A stretch of DNA of 64,000 nt, from contig NC_042998.1 in assembly GCF_006345805.1 (NCBI RefSeq), positions 97,030,001-97,094,000 on the forward strand, written 5' to 3'. This DNA is from Octopus sinensis. Lineage: Eukaryota. The notes beneath the pieces were generated by a model. The model was not told where the DNA came from. It did not search any database and saw only the letters and a program-made list of their open reading frames with translations. Made by a program: the position numbers and the translations under genes. Shown here in pieces: positions 22,934-36,025 of the stretch (position 1 is its first letter; each line of letters opens with the position of its first letter).

Positions 22934-25900
22934 TATTGTCCTTTGTATAGATATCTCTGATTATTGTAGGCGACATAAAAAAAAAAGAGAGAGAAAGAAA
23001 GTAAGCCGACTTCCGCGTCTGAAAGTTACCAGGAAGATAAGAGAGGTATGTTACCTCTGCAACAGTTACCAAGTAGAGAGAAGGAGACATATGTTAACTC
23101 TCTGACATCAAAGGAAGTAGGCATGCTACAAGTGCCAAGCCAAAGAGAAAGTGTGTAAATTCTGTTTAGTTGTTCTGTATTTATAACAATTCCATAGCTA
23201 AACTAGGTCACAGTAACATGAAGGATATTATGTGAGTTATCCAGGTCGAATTGAACTTGACACAAGATGGCCAGGAAGTTGATAGCGGAGTCTCCTGTGT
23301 AAATCTAGAGAACAAAGGAAATAAACTTACAGAAATATTCACTGAGGCTTCAATTCCTGGTTGAGAATCCAGAATCTAATCACTTCAGATGCTTCTTTAA
23401 CTGTTTTTTTGTTTTTTTTGCTAGGTAGAGGTGTTGACCCTACAAAATCCCATTTTTACAAATGTGTGGTCCATATTAGTCTGATCTCTATCTTTTGACC
23501 AGTCCAGCATGTGAAACCAAGAGCTAGCATTCTGGTTGCATACCTCTCAGGGATATTGAGGCATACAAGTTATCACACCACAAGGACTGAGCTTTGAGGT
23601 GGACATTATAGAGTGTACTGAGTGCATTTTATCATGGTACCAGCACAAGACTGAAAAGTGCGCTCTATCCCGATATTATCTCCATTTTTTTTTGTCAACT
23701 ACTTACAGTGTACTGGAGGCATTTCATCAGAGTACCAGCACAAGAGCGGTTGCCTTGTCCCCTACAAGACTAAATGGTCTTGAAAGTAAATGTAACTGTG
23801 ATAGTGAATAAGAGAATGACAACAGAGAGAAAGAGAGAGAGAAGGTGAAAGAAAAGAAAATATGATGGAAGAAACAGAGTGACTGAAGTGAGAGGAAAGC
23901 AGAGGAGGGAATTACAGAAGGGACAGTGGTTTGGAGACTAATGAAAAAGGGACAGTAATAATAGAGAGTGATAGGAGAGTGACAGTAAACATAGCTACAT
24001 ATTTGGTGTTAGGAAAGAGACCAAGAGTCAGAGATGGGTGATAGTAAGATGTTAACAATGATGAAGGTTAATCAGAGGAATATGAAGTAATGGCTGACAG
24101 TTCAGAAAGGTGATGGCAATGGTCTCTTGTATTGGATACCAACAGATCTGATGCAATTGCTAATTACACAAGCATCATAATGGAGAAGTGAGGGAGGTAA
24201 AATGATAAAGATGGTGATAATTATGATTGAATATGGAAAGATCCAATGCTATCTCACATATCACAGATATATAGTGAATAGGAGAGGATGAATGATGGGG
24301 AGATAAGTAAATAATGGAGAGTGGGAAGAAAAAAATTAAAGGTATCATTGAAATAATGCCTTCCTGTCCCACTTAATTTACTATGCACATGACTAGCACA
24401 GTTTGATTTCTATCCTTTGACCATTCCAGCAGAGGATGTCCTATTGCTCTATTCTACAAGGCATTTCAAATACGTGTGTGCTGTTCATATTTGGAAGTGT
24501 GATATGGTAAAGTCTCTTAAATATCTTAGATTAATGGTTTGAGGAATGATCTCATATGACTAATTTACACTTGCCACCTGAAAATTTTTCAATACTTGCT
24601 GTTTGGCTACTGCTGGAGAAATGTACTAAGAAAAGGAATTCCAGAACATTTTGAGGATGAGGGAGTGTATGTAGAGGTTAATGTTGAGGTGAGGTTATAA
24701 CACTAGATGATGAGGAAAGACAAGTGAGTGCAGGTGGCACATAAAAAGCACCTTCCAAACATGGTCAATGCCACTGCCACCCGACTGGCTTCCATGCCAG
24801 AGGCATGTAAAAAGCACCCACTACACTCTCGGAGTGGTTGGCATCCAGCTGTAGAAATCTTGACAGATCAGATTGGAGCCTAGCGCAGCCTACTGGCTTG
24901 CCAGTCCTCCAGTCAAACTATCTGACCCATAACATTAAACAATGGGGGTCCATCCAACGATGCTGACTGATTGAGTGGCAGTGTACAAGACTTGCAGCTC
25001 TGAAGAACAGGAAACATTTGTAGTACCAATAAGGACCAGGGAAATAGCATGGTGTGCTCAGAGTTCGATTGTTTAACGATGATTTCATGTTAGTTTAGTT
25101 GAGTGGAATTTCTTTCAATGAGATCTAGGATGTCTGCATGTAGCAATGGCACTGTCCCTGATGTAGTAGTACTCCATTGTAGGTTTCACCAGAACTTTGT
25201 AGAAGGTTAGAAGATTTGGGGTTTTTTTTTAGCTCTAAAGAAGGCCATTCATAATGGAGCTATGGGGATGTCATCTAGTGAGAGAGACCTCCAGTGGTGA
25301 TGAAGCTTAGCATTTTTACAACATTAAGGGTTTTACAGGTTGTCCATGTTTTGTGGTAGTAGTGATGGAATATTTATATACCTTTTCCTTGTTTCAGTCA
25401 TTAGACTACAGCCATATTGGGAAGCACCTTGAAGAGTTTAGTCAAACAAATTGACCCCAGTTCTTAGTTTTTTGAGGGTTTTTTTTAAAATCTGGTACTT
25501 ATTCTATTGGTCTTTTCTGCCATACTGATAAGTTATGGGGATGTAAACAAACCAACACTGGTTGTAAAATAGTAGAGGGGATAAACACACACATATATAC
25601 ATATACAAGTTGGCCTGGGGCTATAATAATAGACACTTGCTCAGTGTGATGCACAATAGGATTGAGCCTGAAACATGGTTGCAAAGCAAGTTTCTGAATC
25701 ACTAAGTCTCCAACTGTGCAAAAATAAAAACGGTCACCTTTATCTAATTAGTTTTTGTCAGCTAAAAATTTCTGAATTAATTTAGACCCAATTGCACAGG
25801 TGTGAGTATATGAATAATTTAAGGTAGCCATACAAACTATTGCATATAGTCACAAGAATAAAAGTGCACAAATGAGCTGTGAGAGTTGGATGAAAATAAT

Positions 25901-26580
25901 TCAAAATACCTAGACAAGCTATAAACAGCTGCTAATACTGAATATTAGGTTAAAGAAAAAAAAATCATTGGTGATGATGCATTTAAGGAACATCCTATAA
26001 TCATGAAATTTATATTTCTATATAATCTATTACCAGCAGGATGAATGTAGCAAGTGATCAATGCCAGACTGATGATTTGGTGACATTATCAAATATAATG
26101 AATTTATATTGTCAGACTTCAATTCTGATAATATAAGTTCAGTGAGATAATGAAAAAGTGATGCCACTTGCTTATATATCTACAGATGCAAGCACTTATA
26201 AACTGACCAACAACTCTTAAAGATAGAAGTACAAGTAGTGTTATGTTGTTAACATTTTCACTATGAAACAAAATTATATTATTTTTTTTTTTTTTTGTCT
26301 TTGGTTAAGTGTTACTTCCTATTTGCTTCTACCTATAAATCAAAGGAAATAACTACTATTCCCTCCAGATTTTTCTTTTGCAACCTGGACATCAATGTTT
26401 TTTGAAACTGACCAATTTTCCATTACATTTCAGAGAGATTCAACACTTGATTACTGAAGCAGAATTTTCTAAATGTTTCAAGAATTTCTAGAACATTCTG
26501 GCAACATAGATATGGGGATCTATGTTTACTTCTTCCTGTTCAAGTGGAGACAAGATGTCATTGATAGCTGCATTCATCAC

Positions 26581-27960
26581 ATGGCATCAAGAGGTTCTAA
26601 TTTGCTATGTCTGTGGCAAATGTATCAAGACAAGAGTGAAAATGTACTCTCTGGTAACATCTACTAAAATGTGTGAGGCCTACAAGACATATTTTGGTAT
26701 ATCTGTCAGGGAACAAGACAAACCCTGGGTACCTTATTTCACATGCGAACTCTGCAAATGAACTCTAGAAGGTAAGATGGAAAGTTTTAGTTGTTTTGAT
26801 AGTGAGATTTTTAAGTGTTAAAGTTATGGAATTTTTTTTTATTCAAATGTTATTTATTTTCTTAATCAGTATTATTGAAACATTATTTAACACATGTTTT
26901 TTAATAACACTCAGTGAAACCTTTGTATTTTTATACTCGTATTTATTTATTTTACTCTTTCGCAGAATGGTGCGGAGGGGAAAATAGAGCCATGACATTC
27001 ACAATCCCATGAATTTGAAGGGAACCAACTGATCACTTAAACAATTGTTTCTTCTGCAAGGTGGAGCCTTCCAAATGTCGAGCTGGCAAGAATGCTACTA
27101 TATATCCAAACCTTCTGTCATCCATCTCCCCAGTTCCACACAGCCCTGAGCACCCCATACCTACTCCTCCAAAGACAGAGTAGCACATAAGAGGATGAAT
27201 TGATCCAGATTACAGAGGTGCAGCTGAGGAGAGAAACCCATACTACCCCAACTAAGAAGACCATCCAGGAGTCTCAAAACCCAGGCACTTCATAATGGGA
27301 ACATGTATCCATCTCTTCCCTGGCTCACTCAGTGCAGCTCAAAGAGGAATACAGCAGCATCAAGATCTTGCTAGATGCCTTGAAATATGAAGAGAATGGT
27401 TGGGAGGTTATCAGAGCCTTCAAAATGGTGGCCTTCTTTATGGGTCTCCAAGGTGGCTTTGCCAAGTTTCCATGTTATCTTTGCCTCTGGAACAGCAGGA
27501 ACACTGTGGCATACTACCATAGGCAGGCCTGGCCACAATGGGCCCAGTTTAGTGTGAGGAGAAACAAGGTCTTAATGGGAGCTACTGTTGGACCCACAAA
27601 AAGTTTTATTTTACCACTGCACATAAAATTGGGCCTTGTGAAACAACTTGTCACAGCTCTAGACAAGGAGTCTGCAGCCTTCAAGACTTCTTCCCTAAGC
27701 TCTCTGAGACAAAAGTCTCACTGGACTGCAAATAAAGATCACAGAGTGCAAGAAATTCCCTAAAGAAGCTAACTAGGATGGAGAAAGCAGCATGGACAAC
27801 TTTGTCACAGTGGTTCAGGGCTTCCTGGGGAATCCCACAGCTGAAAACTATGAGGAGCTTGTTGAGAACTTAGTGAAGAACTATGGCAAAACAGGCTGCA
27901 GAATATCCCTCAAGGACTATATCCTTGATAAATTCAAGGAGAACACGGGAGATTACATTG
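26581..27960 (+). mobile_element. Decayed DNA-transposon transposase, Chapaev3 (CMC)-like, with one intron (about 26772-26965)
   Basis: Fragments ICYVCG..YFG..EQDKPWVP..CELCK, FKMVAFFMGLQGGFAKFPCYLCLW, LPLHIKLGLVKQLV, GCRISLK; gtaag..cgcag intron; many stops and frameshifts; TIRs not found; superfamily assigned from memory of motifs. Confidence 0.6.
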
Positions 27961-28323
27961 ATACCTGCACCTATTGTATGTAGTGGGTGCCTTTTTTGTC
28001 ACTGGCACTGGCCATGATTACATTTTCACTTGGCTTGATGCGTCTTCTCAAGCACAGCAAATTGCCAAAAGTCTTAGTCACTTGTCATTGCTTCTGTGAG
28101 ACCCAACATACACAACAGGCTTCCAAGCTTCTCAACTACACAGCCATGCTATCATTACTTTTCAAATTGAAACAAAGGCAAAGTATTTCAACAGAGATTT
28201 GGTAACAAGAGTTAAAAAGTGAGATATCAAAACATACAACCCAGACAATTTGATTAGAGTAAAAATAATTATAACACTGCTCTTTACTTGAGTATCCAGT
28301 GGATTCTATATTACACATACACA

Positions 28324-29784
28324 CAGAGTGGCCCAAAAGTAGGTTTACAGTTATCAAGTAGGCACTTTAAATTTCTTTTAAAGCATTTTATTACATTTAA
28401 ATTTTTATCTTACAAACTGAAAAGGGAGCTTGACAAAATTAACTAAATTAGCATAGAATAATGGTTTCATATTTTTTTATAATTAAGATCTAAACTGTTA
28501 TATGAATGTGAAAGAGATAGTTGAGTAACTGTAAACCAGGCGTCGGCAACCTGTGGTCCATGAGACATTTCCCACGACCCAGTGGGGTTTTTGAACTGAC
28601 AGTAAATTTAATGGAGCCGATCAGCAGCCGTCTTCTCCCCAGCCAGAACAGCATCCTACTTTCATGGTACTGACACAGAACAAACATTACTTTGGAGAAG
28701 AATTCCAATAGAGTTAGAAAGAGGAAATCATCCTTTTGACCAATATTGTAGTATAGTATCACTGTACGATAAGTTATTTTTTGCTTCTACTCCAATTGAC
28801 TTGGTTATAAATATTTTTTGTTATTTTAGATGGCTGAAGGTACCCAACCTGCGAAGAAGAGGAAGCTGTTGGACAAGAACTGCTCCTCCAAAAAGGAATG
28901 GTAAGTGTTCTTTGTCAAGCGCAAGGGAAAAGCTTTGTGTCATCTGCTATGAGATCGTCACCATTATGAAGGGATGCAATGTGAAGCATCACTTCGTTTC
29001 AGTGCACCCCAAGCAAGCTGCGTTACCTGACAAGGCAGAGTTCAGGCGTCTGAATGCGTGGCTGGAGAACCAACATGCCTTCATGAAGAGGATCATCTCT
29101 TTGGTGGAAGCAGCTTCTGAAAGCATCACTCGGGTCAGCTACCATGTTGCACACCTTGTGGCTACCAACCTCAAGCGGTTTACCCATGGCAAATTCTTCA
29201 AGGTGTGCATGATGGCTGTGGTTAAGGACATGTGTCCTAACAAGTTGAGTGAGTTTGAGGCCATCAGCCAGGATCATGACCCGCCACGTAGAGGAGATGG
29301 CCACCCATGTCCAGGTTACCCTGAAGGACATGTGTCAGTCCACTCGCTTCTCCATTACCTTGGATGAGTCGACTGACATCAAGGACACGGTTCAGCTTGC
29401 CATGTTTTTCCACAGCAGCAGGGATGATTTCCCAGCTATTGTTCGGGAGACCATGTGCTTAGTTTCCTTGTTTGGGTCCACATACTCTTGTGAGCAGCTG
29501 TTCAGCCGAATGAAGCTGACGAAGAACAAGACGAGAGCACAGCTTAGACGCTCATCTTCAAGATGTTCTCCTCATCCATCAAGCCAGACATTGACTCTAT
29601 CTCTTTCAAAGCATCAGCAACCTTCACATTGTTTCATACTGTGATTACTGCAAGTCTTAATAAAGGCTCAATTTACAGTTATCATCATTGATTTTGTTAT
29701 TTTTGCAGGCTGGGAGAGGGGTGCAGCCCGCAGCCTGGTTTAGGTTGCCGACGCCTACTGTTAACCTACTTTTGGGCTACCCTG
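28324..29784. mobile_element. Tc1/mariner-type MITE (about 230 bp) interrupted by a hAT element
   Basis: TIRs CAGAGTGGCCCAAAAGTAGGTTTACAG / CTGTTAACCTACTTTTGGGCTACCCTG; TA on the right flank. Confidence 0.75.
28537..29757 (+). mobile_element. hAT (Charlie/Buster, GTF2IRD2-like) internally deleted transposon
   Basis: TIR (C/T)AGGCGTCGGCAACCT; 8-bp TSD CTGTAAAC/CTGTTAAC; BED-like LCVICYE..KHHF..VH, FSITLDESTD joined almost directly to FGSTYSCEQLFSRMKL. Confidence 0.9.
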
Positions 29785-29855
29785 TATATATATATATATA
29801 TAAATTCATACAATTTTTCTGCAACCATTTATGAAAACTGAAATCTTAGCTTATA

Positions 29856-30304
29856 GGTACAGGCATGGCTGTGATTAGTTTCCTTCCAGGTTCAGTCTTA
29901 CTGCAAGGGTCTTCTAATATAGCCTCGGGCTAATTAGACTTGTGAGTAGATTTGGTAGACGGACACTAAAGGAAACTGTTAAGTAGCTTGCTTACCAACC
30001 ACATGGTTCCGGGTTCAGTCCCACTGTGTGGCACCTTGGGCGTCTTCTACTATAGCCTCAGGCTGACCAAAGCCTCGAGTGGATTTGGTAGACGGAAACT
30101 GAAAGAAGCCTGTCATATACATGTATATGTTTGTCCTCCCAACATTGTTTGACAACCGATGCTGATGTGTTTATGTCCCCTTAACTGAGCAGTTCAGCAA
30201 AAGTGATTGATAGAATAAGTACTAGGCTTACAAAGAATAAGTCCTGGGTAAGATTTGCTCGACTAAAGGCAGTGCTCCAGTCAAAACGATTGAAACAAGT
30301 AAGA
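29856..30304 (+). mobile_element. Two tandem tRNA-derived SINE copies (partial head plus near-complete copy)
   Basis: Same head, body and tail as 1190-1572. Confidence 0.75.
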
Positions 30305-31615
30305 GTATTGTATTAAGCTGGTTTCTTGTGCTAATGTAGACTGGAATGCTATTTGGTTTTATTGTTGGAGACCAGCACCAAGCTAGTTAACTGTTGCAAG
30401 GTTTAATTCAGCTGTCCACTCTCATGCCTTTGCAATCAAATGAACCTTCCTCTTTTGACACCCATTAAATCAGACCAGTTTTTTAAAGCCTGCTCCACCG
30501 ATCAAGTCATATTTGTCTAATTTTTCAGTCAAGAGCCACTTCATGCAATTGTATACTAACAATTCATCATTGTATGACATCCATGTTGGTATGAGCTGGA
30601 GTTTGACAGGAGCTAGCAAGCCAGGACTGTGCCACCTTTCCTAATGCTAAATTGTACTTTATTTATGTAGCTATCCAGATTGAAGTATATATACAACAGC
30701 AGAGAAGTATCAAGTTTTCAACGTGAAATTACAACAGAAGGAATTGAACTTGACAATACAAACTCATGAATTATTTGTCAAATGGGCAGTGATCTGCTCC
30801 AACTCTGCCACAATTATTTAGTTTAGGTAGACTGGGCTATTTAAAATTATCCCGGTCACTGTCATACAACAGTGCCCAAGAATTCCTAAGCTAAAAATGC
30901 CCTAAACACTGCAACCAACTAGAAAATGGCCATACTGTATATTAAAGGGAGTAGACAGAGATTCTTTTGAGTGTACCAATGCAAACAATGGGATCTCATA
31001 TAGGATTTATATGTAACAGATAGTAAGTTGCCGATATGAAAAAACATTGTAGTGAAATATGCGCAACTTCAATATACATAAATGATTGGATAGATAAGTA
31101 TCAAAGGGCCAATTGATGCAAGTGGAAGGAGTCTGCAGAACACAAAAACACGGTGAGGTCCAATCTCGAGTTTAGGACATTTACCCACCAAGAACAACTG
31201 ATGATGATTTAAAACTTCTTAGTATATTAGAGAGGGGGTAATTGTCTTGATATGCCAATCTCAGCATTCTGGACCTCACAAAGAACCATGTCAAGTGGAA
31301 TGATGGTAAATGAGAACAGACCCATCAAACTATTATATAAGGTTATATAAGTACATAGGTTGCAGCAATGGAGTTGACTGTTTACACAATAACAATGAGT
31401 GTATAAAAGACAAATTTTAAATGATTAAAAATTGCCACCATAGACACAAGTCATTGCAAATCTTTTTTATGCACATTAGAAATGATCAATCTCATGGTAA
31501 AATAAACAAATATTTCATTTCAAATTATCCCACAACCTGTAAATACCCATTGTTTTGAGGTTGAAAGCCCATTTATCAATAAAAAATACTGCACACAATT
31601 TTCATTGAATCAAAA

Positions 31616-31621
31616 TTTATT
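31616..31621 (-). terminator. Probable RPL28 polyadenylation signal AATAAA
   Basis: AATAAA about 22 nt downstream of the RPL28 stop codon. Confidence 0.6.
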
Positions 31622-31643
31622 TTAATGTTCACTTGGTACATAA

Positions 31644-31724
31644 CTATTCCTTCTTCTTACGCCCAGCCTTTTTCACAACGGGACGTTGACTGCGAATAAG
31701 GGCACTGGCTTTTCTCATTGCAGC
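31644..31724 (-). CDS. RPL28: 60S ribosomal protein L28, last coding exon (AAMRKASALIRSQRPVVKKAGRKKKE*)
   Basis: ttttaag acceptor, phase 0, TAG stop; matches eL28 C-terminus. Confidence 0.95.
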   Translation of the reverse strand, partial: AAMRKASALIRSQRPVVKKAGRKKKE

Positions 31725-32513
31725 CTTAAAAGAAAAAAAAAAAATGTTACTTCCATTACGTTTAGAGCAGCAAGACATAATTATTTCATCAAGGCTGTTC
31801 ATTGATAGAAATGCTATAACTACCAATGTAAGAAAGAACTTAGCTGGAATGCATGCATCCAAAATAATCTCAGAACTGCACTAGGTTACAATATGACACT
31901 TATTAAGTGATTAAATTAGTTTAAGACAGGAAAACAATTCTCCCTGTCCTTAGAAATTAAGCCCCGAGAACAAACAACTAATGAATCTTAGCTAACTAGA
32001 GGCAAATATACAAAAATACCCAATCTTTGCTTACTTCTTTCTCTTATTTGGCCCCATACTTATTGGTGAATGAATACATGCAAGTTAACTGGGAGAAAAT
32101 TATTTAAAGGTGAAACACAATGAATGTACTTGGATGGAGAAGGCACACAGCTTGCTTAACTCTGAGATGGAGAAGTTGCCATGTCCATGGGTAAGATTCA
32201 GAAAAGGGGGGATCCTTACAAATGAATCAAATGGCCTTGAATGGGGTCCTTCAAATGTCATTAAGTCCTTTATACAAATATCACAAATTAGTGAAATACT
32301 TGCATTAATAGAAGTCAGAGTATGTGTGTGTGTGTATATATGTATAACTGCTGGAGGAGAGAGAGAATATCCGATCACAAGCAGAAATAGAGCCAGTAAT
32401 CCCCACAAAAAGCAAGAGCCACATTTTATAATTGACACCAATTCTTCAGTTTAACATTCTCTTATCCATGATAGCATGGATTAGACACTCGTTTTAATTA
32501 AGTTAAAACCTAC

Positions 32514-32632
32514 CATTTTTAGGTCTACTCGATATCTGTTCTTTTTGACCATTTTCCTGATAGATGTCAATGTTCTTCTGGGATCTTTTTTCAACTCTAT
32601 CCTGGTATAAGCTTTTGAAGGACGATTCCTCT
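32514..32632 (-). CDS. RPL28: RPL28 coding exon 3 (KRNRPSKAYTRIELKKDPRRTLTSIRKMVKKNRYRVDLKM)
   Basis: tttcag acceptor, gtaggt donor, 119 bp, phases join the neighbouring exons. Confidence 0.95.
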
Positions 32633-32685
32633 CTGAAATAAAATAGAAACATTAGTTAAAAAGAGCTAGAGTTTATTTCAATACC

Positions 32686-33503
32686 TGTTGCAGTGAGAAT
32701 ATGACACCCTGATGAGAACAGATTGGATCACTACATATCTGACGTAGTTCACAGTTCGGTCTTCAAAGTTCAGGTACAATTTACAGTATGAGTTAGTGTG
32801 TTGGAAATATTGATTGTTGGTTTGTTGCGGGTTTGTTACTGCTGCTGTTTCTGTTCTGTGTTGTTATAACACTGTTAGTGTATTCTTTATCTATTGTTGA
32901 CAATATCAACCATACTATGATATTGGAGGTGTAAGGATATAACATCTGGCGATGAGGATTTTTTGAAGCTCATGTAGGTTACAGCAACAACAGTTAATTG
33001 GGTTACAGTCAAGGAAGTCTGAAAATTTGGTAAGTTCGTTTACATCAGATGGCATGGCAAACTCAATTTCTGAATTCAATTATAATCTGGAGGAGGGTAT
33101 TATGTTTCCTGCATACTATAGAAAGTACTATTGTGTAAAAATTCAAATTCCTATTTCAAATTCTAGACCGGAACACCTTGAGATAAGGCCACAGCGAAAA
33201 AGATACTAAAAAATAATAAATAAAATTTATTTATTCCTTGGGGAGATGTGGTAAGAATATGACAGCCTCTGACGAGAATAGACTGGACAACTACATATAA
33301 ATAAATAGTAGCAACCTGACAAAGTTGGCTGTTCATAGTTTAGTCTTCAAAGTCCAGGTACAGTTTGAGTTAGTGTGTTGGAAATACTGACTGTTGGTTC
33401 GTTGAGCATTTGTTACTGCCATTGTTACAACACTGTTACAGTGTATTCTTTATCATCGACAATATCAACCATACTATGGTACTGGAGGTGTAAGGATATA
33501 ACA
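32686..33503 (+). mobile_element. Miniature non-autonomous LTR retrotransposon (818 bp), Gypsy/Mag-like
   Basis: TG..CA LTRs 32686-32944 and 33247-33503; 5-bp TSD ATACC on both sides; PBS TGGCGATGAGGAT (32947-59); PPT GGGGAGA; gag-like stub MANSISEFNYNLEEGIMFPAYYRKY from 33054. Confidence 0.88.
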
Positions 33504-33871
33504 ATACCAAAGCCTTTTACCATCTTGCAAGCATTCAGACCAGACCTTCAATTCCTTGTCACTCACAATCTTACCAGCCTGATGACTGCATATAAATTTA
33601 CCGTGCTCTTCAACATGAAAACAGCCTTGGTATTTCTTTATTAATATATCTATAACTTTATTAAGGTAGCCTGTTACCTTCCTACTGATTATGAATAGCC
33701 CATTTTCACACTTGTATACATGTATAGTTAGACAGAACAAACACAATCAATCAAATACATGAGTATATATACACATATTATTTTTAATCAGCAGTTACAA
33801 AGTGACTCAAGGGCCAAGAGTTTCATCCACATTCAAAACTTTCAGCTTTTCAATGACAATAAAAATGTTAA

Positions 33872-34091
33872 CCCTTTCGTTACTGTATTTATTTTGAGAT
33901 GCTCTCTGTTTCTTTCAATTACTTTAAATATAACAAAGAATTTAGTAAAATTACTTGGTTATCATTAAGCTAGTGTTATGAACATAAATTGTGACTAAGG
34001 TTTGGTGGAAGGTTTTAATTCAAAACTTATGAAAACAAGGCATTTGTACTCAGAGCCAGAGCCGGTTTCAGCCGGGTTGGTAACGAAAGGG
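33872..34091. mobile_element. piggyBac-type MITE (220 bp)
   Basis: TTAA|CCCTTTCGTTAC ... GTAACGAAAGGG|TTAA, perfect 12-bp TIR. Confidence 0.9.
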
Positions 34092-36025
34092 TTAAGCCAC
34101 TTGCTCAGGCAACCAAACACATCTTGACTACAACACTCCATATTCCATCATTTTGCTTTGATATAATGCTAGTAAATGTAGGCTTTGTTTACAATACTTG
34201 ATGGGATTTTTTTTCCTAGAGAAAAATTGAGGATATATATATTTTGCATCAGAAATTTGTCAGGTTAGACAATATAATAAAAGAAATTCCAGTCTAGAAT
34301 GCTCATTATGAACCCAGTGGAGAGAGAGCTAGCCAACACTGAAATACTTGCAAATTGATTATAATTTTATTTGCTTTACATGTCTTTTCCTCAAATATTT
34401 CTAATGGACAGAGTGGACTGCTACACGAGTTCTAATTCATGTTCAATAAATATTATAAAAGTTTTAGATATATTGATGTATTATGCTGGTATTGACCTAT
34501 TAGAATCTAATTAACATTCAAGCTACAAGATTTATTTTTACATATAGACATAGTATGGCCGAGTTTGCTCCCCAACTATCTTGCACAGTATCTTTGGCAA
34601 TGTCTTCTATTGCTTGGGTTGACCAAAGCCTTGAGAGTAAATTTGGTAGATGGAAACTGAAAGAAAGCCATTGTATATGTTTGTGTTTCCTTGTCCTGAC
34701 ATAGTAAATGCAATTGATTTCCAATATTCTGCAAAAACATGTCCAGTCATATGTTGCTTGGAAACAATAGGAGGATCTGACCATAAAAAAAATCTGCCTC
34801 AATAAACTCCATCCAATCCATGCAAATATGGAAAGGTGGGATGTTAAAACAACGATGATGAGCACGTTAATATGTGTGGTCTTAGGCAAGTTGCTATTAA
34901 AAGTTAAGGTTTTTAAGAATATACATTCCAACCTATTCTGTGAAAATTTTCAAATTTGGTATATTGATATTTTTCATGCTACACTGAATCTGATGTTATT
35001 CACTTGTTCCAGAAATTTTTAGAAAAATGTTACAGAGATTTTAAGTTTGATAATTTTTACCAAATCAGAAAACAAGATTTGGAAACTGGCCTTTGTGCAT
35101 GCTGACAACAAAAGCTTCAATGATGGAAATTTTAAATTTTCATGAATATAAGTCATATGTAATGTTGGAACAAACATGTAAAATACCAGAATGTTACATT
35201 ACAAAAAAACAAACTGTTGGAAAAAGCAGCCAAATCTCCTCCTTAAGAACACCCAAATGTCATAAAATGAGGAAAGACACTAGATAACTCTAAAACTGTG
35301 GGGTGTACAGCATTTGAATGCACCTTTTGACTATAGGTCTGCCTGATCAACACCATCCTACTTGATTTTCTATATCTCCATCATGAAAGGGTAAGCACAC
35401 TACACAACAGCTTGGCTTGTTACTATTGAAACAGACATCAATATGCTTGTGGCTTTTGACTGGCTAAAATTACCTCAAATTTGAAATCAAATGGAACAAA
35501 ATTGAAGGAATTGAAAAGAGAAAGCAAAACAAAAAAAAAATCCTTTTTCACTACTATTCTAAACTAACAAATTTTGCATTGTTTACAAAACATTCAACTT
35601 CATTCTATATGTAAATAATTTTGAAGACATTTTGTAATTTTAAAAATAAATACACTACCATAGTGTCAAGTGATATGTTGCAGAGCAAACTATAAAGCAG
35701 CTGTTCCTTTTTATCTGTTTTAGCAAGGTAATATTAGTTCAAAACCAGTGTGGAAGAGATTAACCGTTTAGTGTTCAAACCGGCCATATCCGGCCAGAAT
35801 TAATTCCCCTTTATTTGTTCAAACCGGCCAAATCCGGCCGTAAATGACCACTCTACGAAATCGCTAAAAAAATAAACAAATCACGTTATTAAATTCTCGT
35901 AGCTTTGAGATAATGCGAGATGAAGCCTTTCCCGCCTTTATTCAAGTATAAATACTGTGAAATTGTTTCGACCACATGGTTATTTCCACGTGTGAAGAGA
36001 ACTGTATACGTTTGTTGTGAAAAAA

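Noticed and set aside
32686-33503. Mini LTR element as a plant-style LTR retrozyme (CTGATGA and CTGACGA near the LTR starts)
   Set aside because: No downstream GAAA or stems that complete a hammerhead in either LTR
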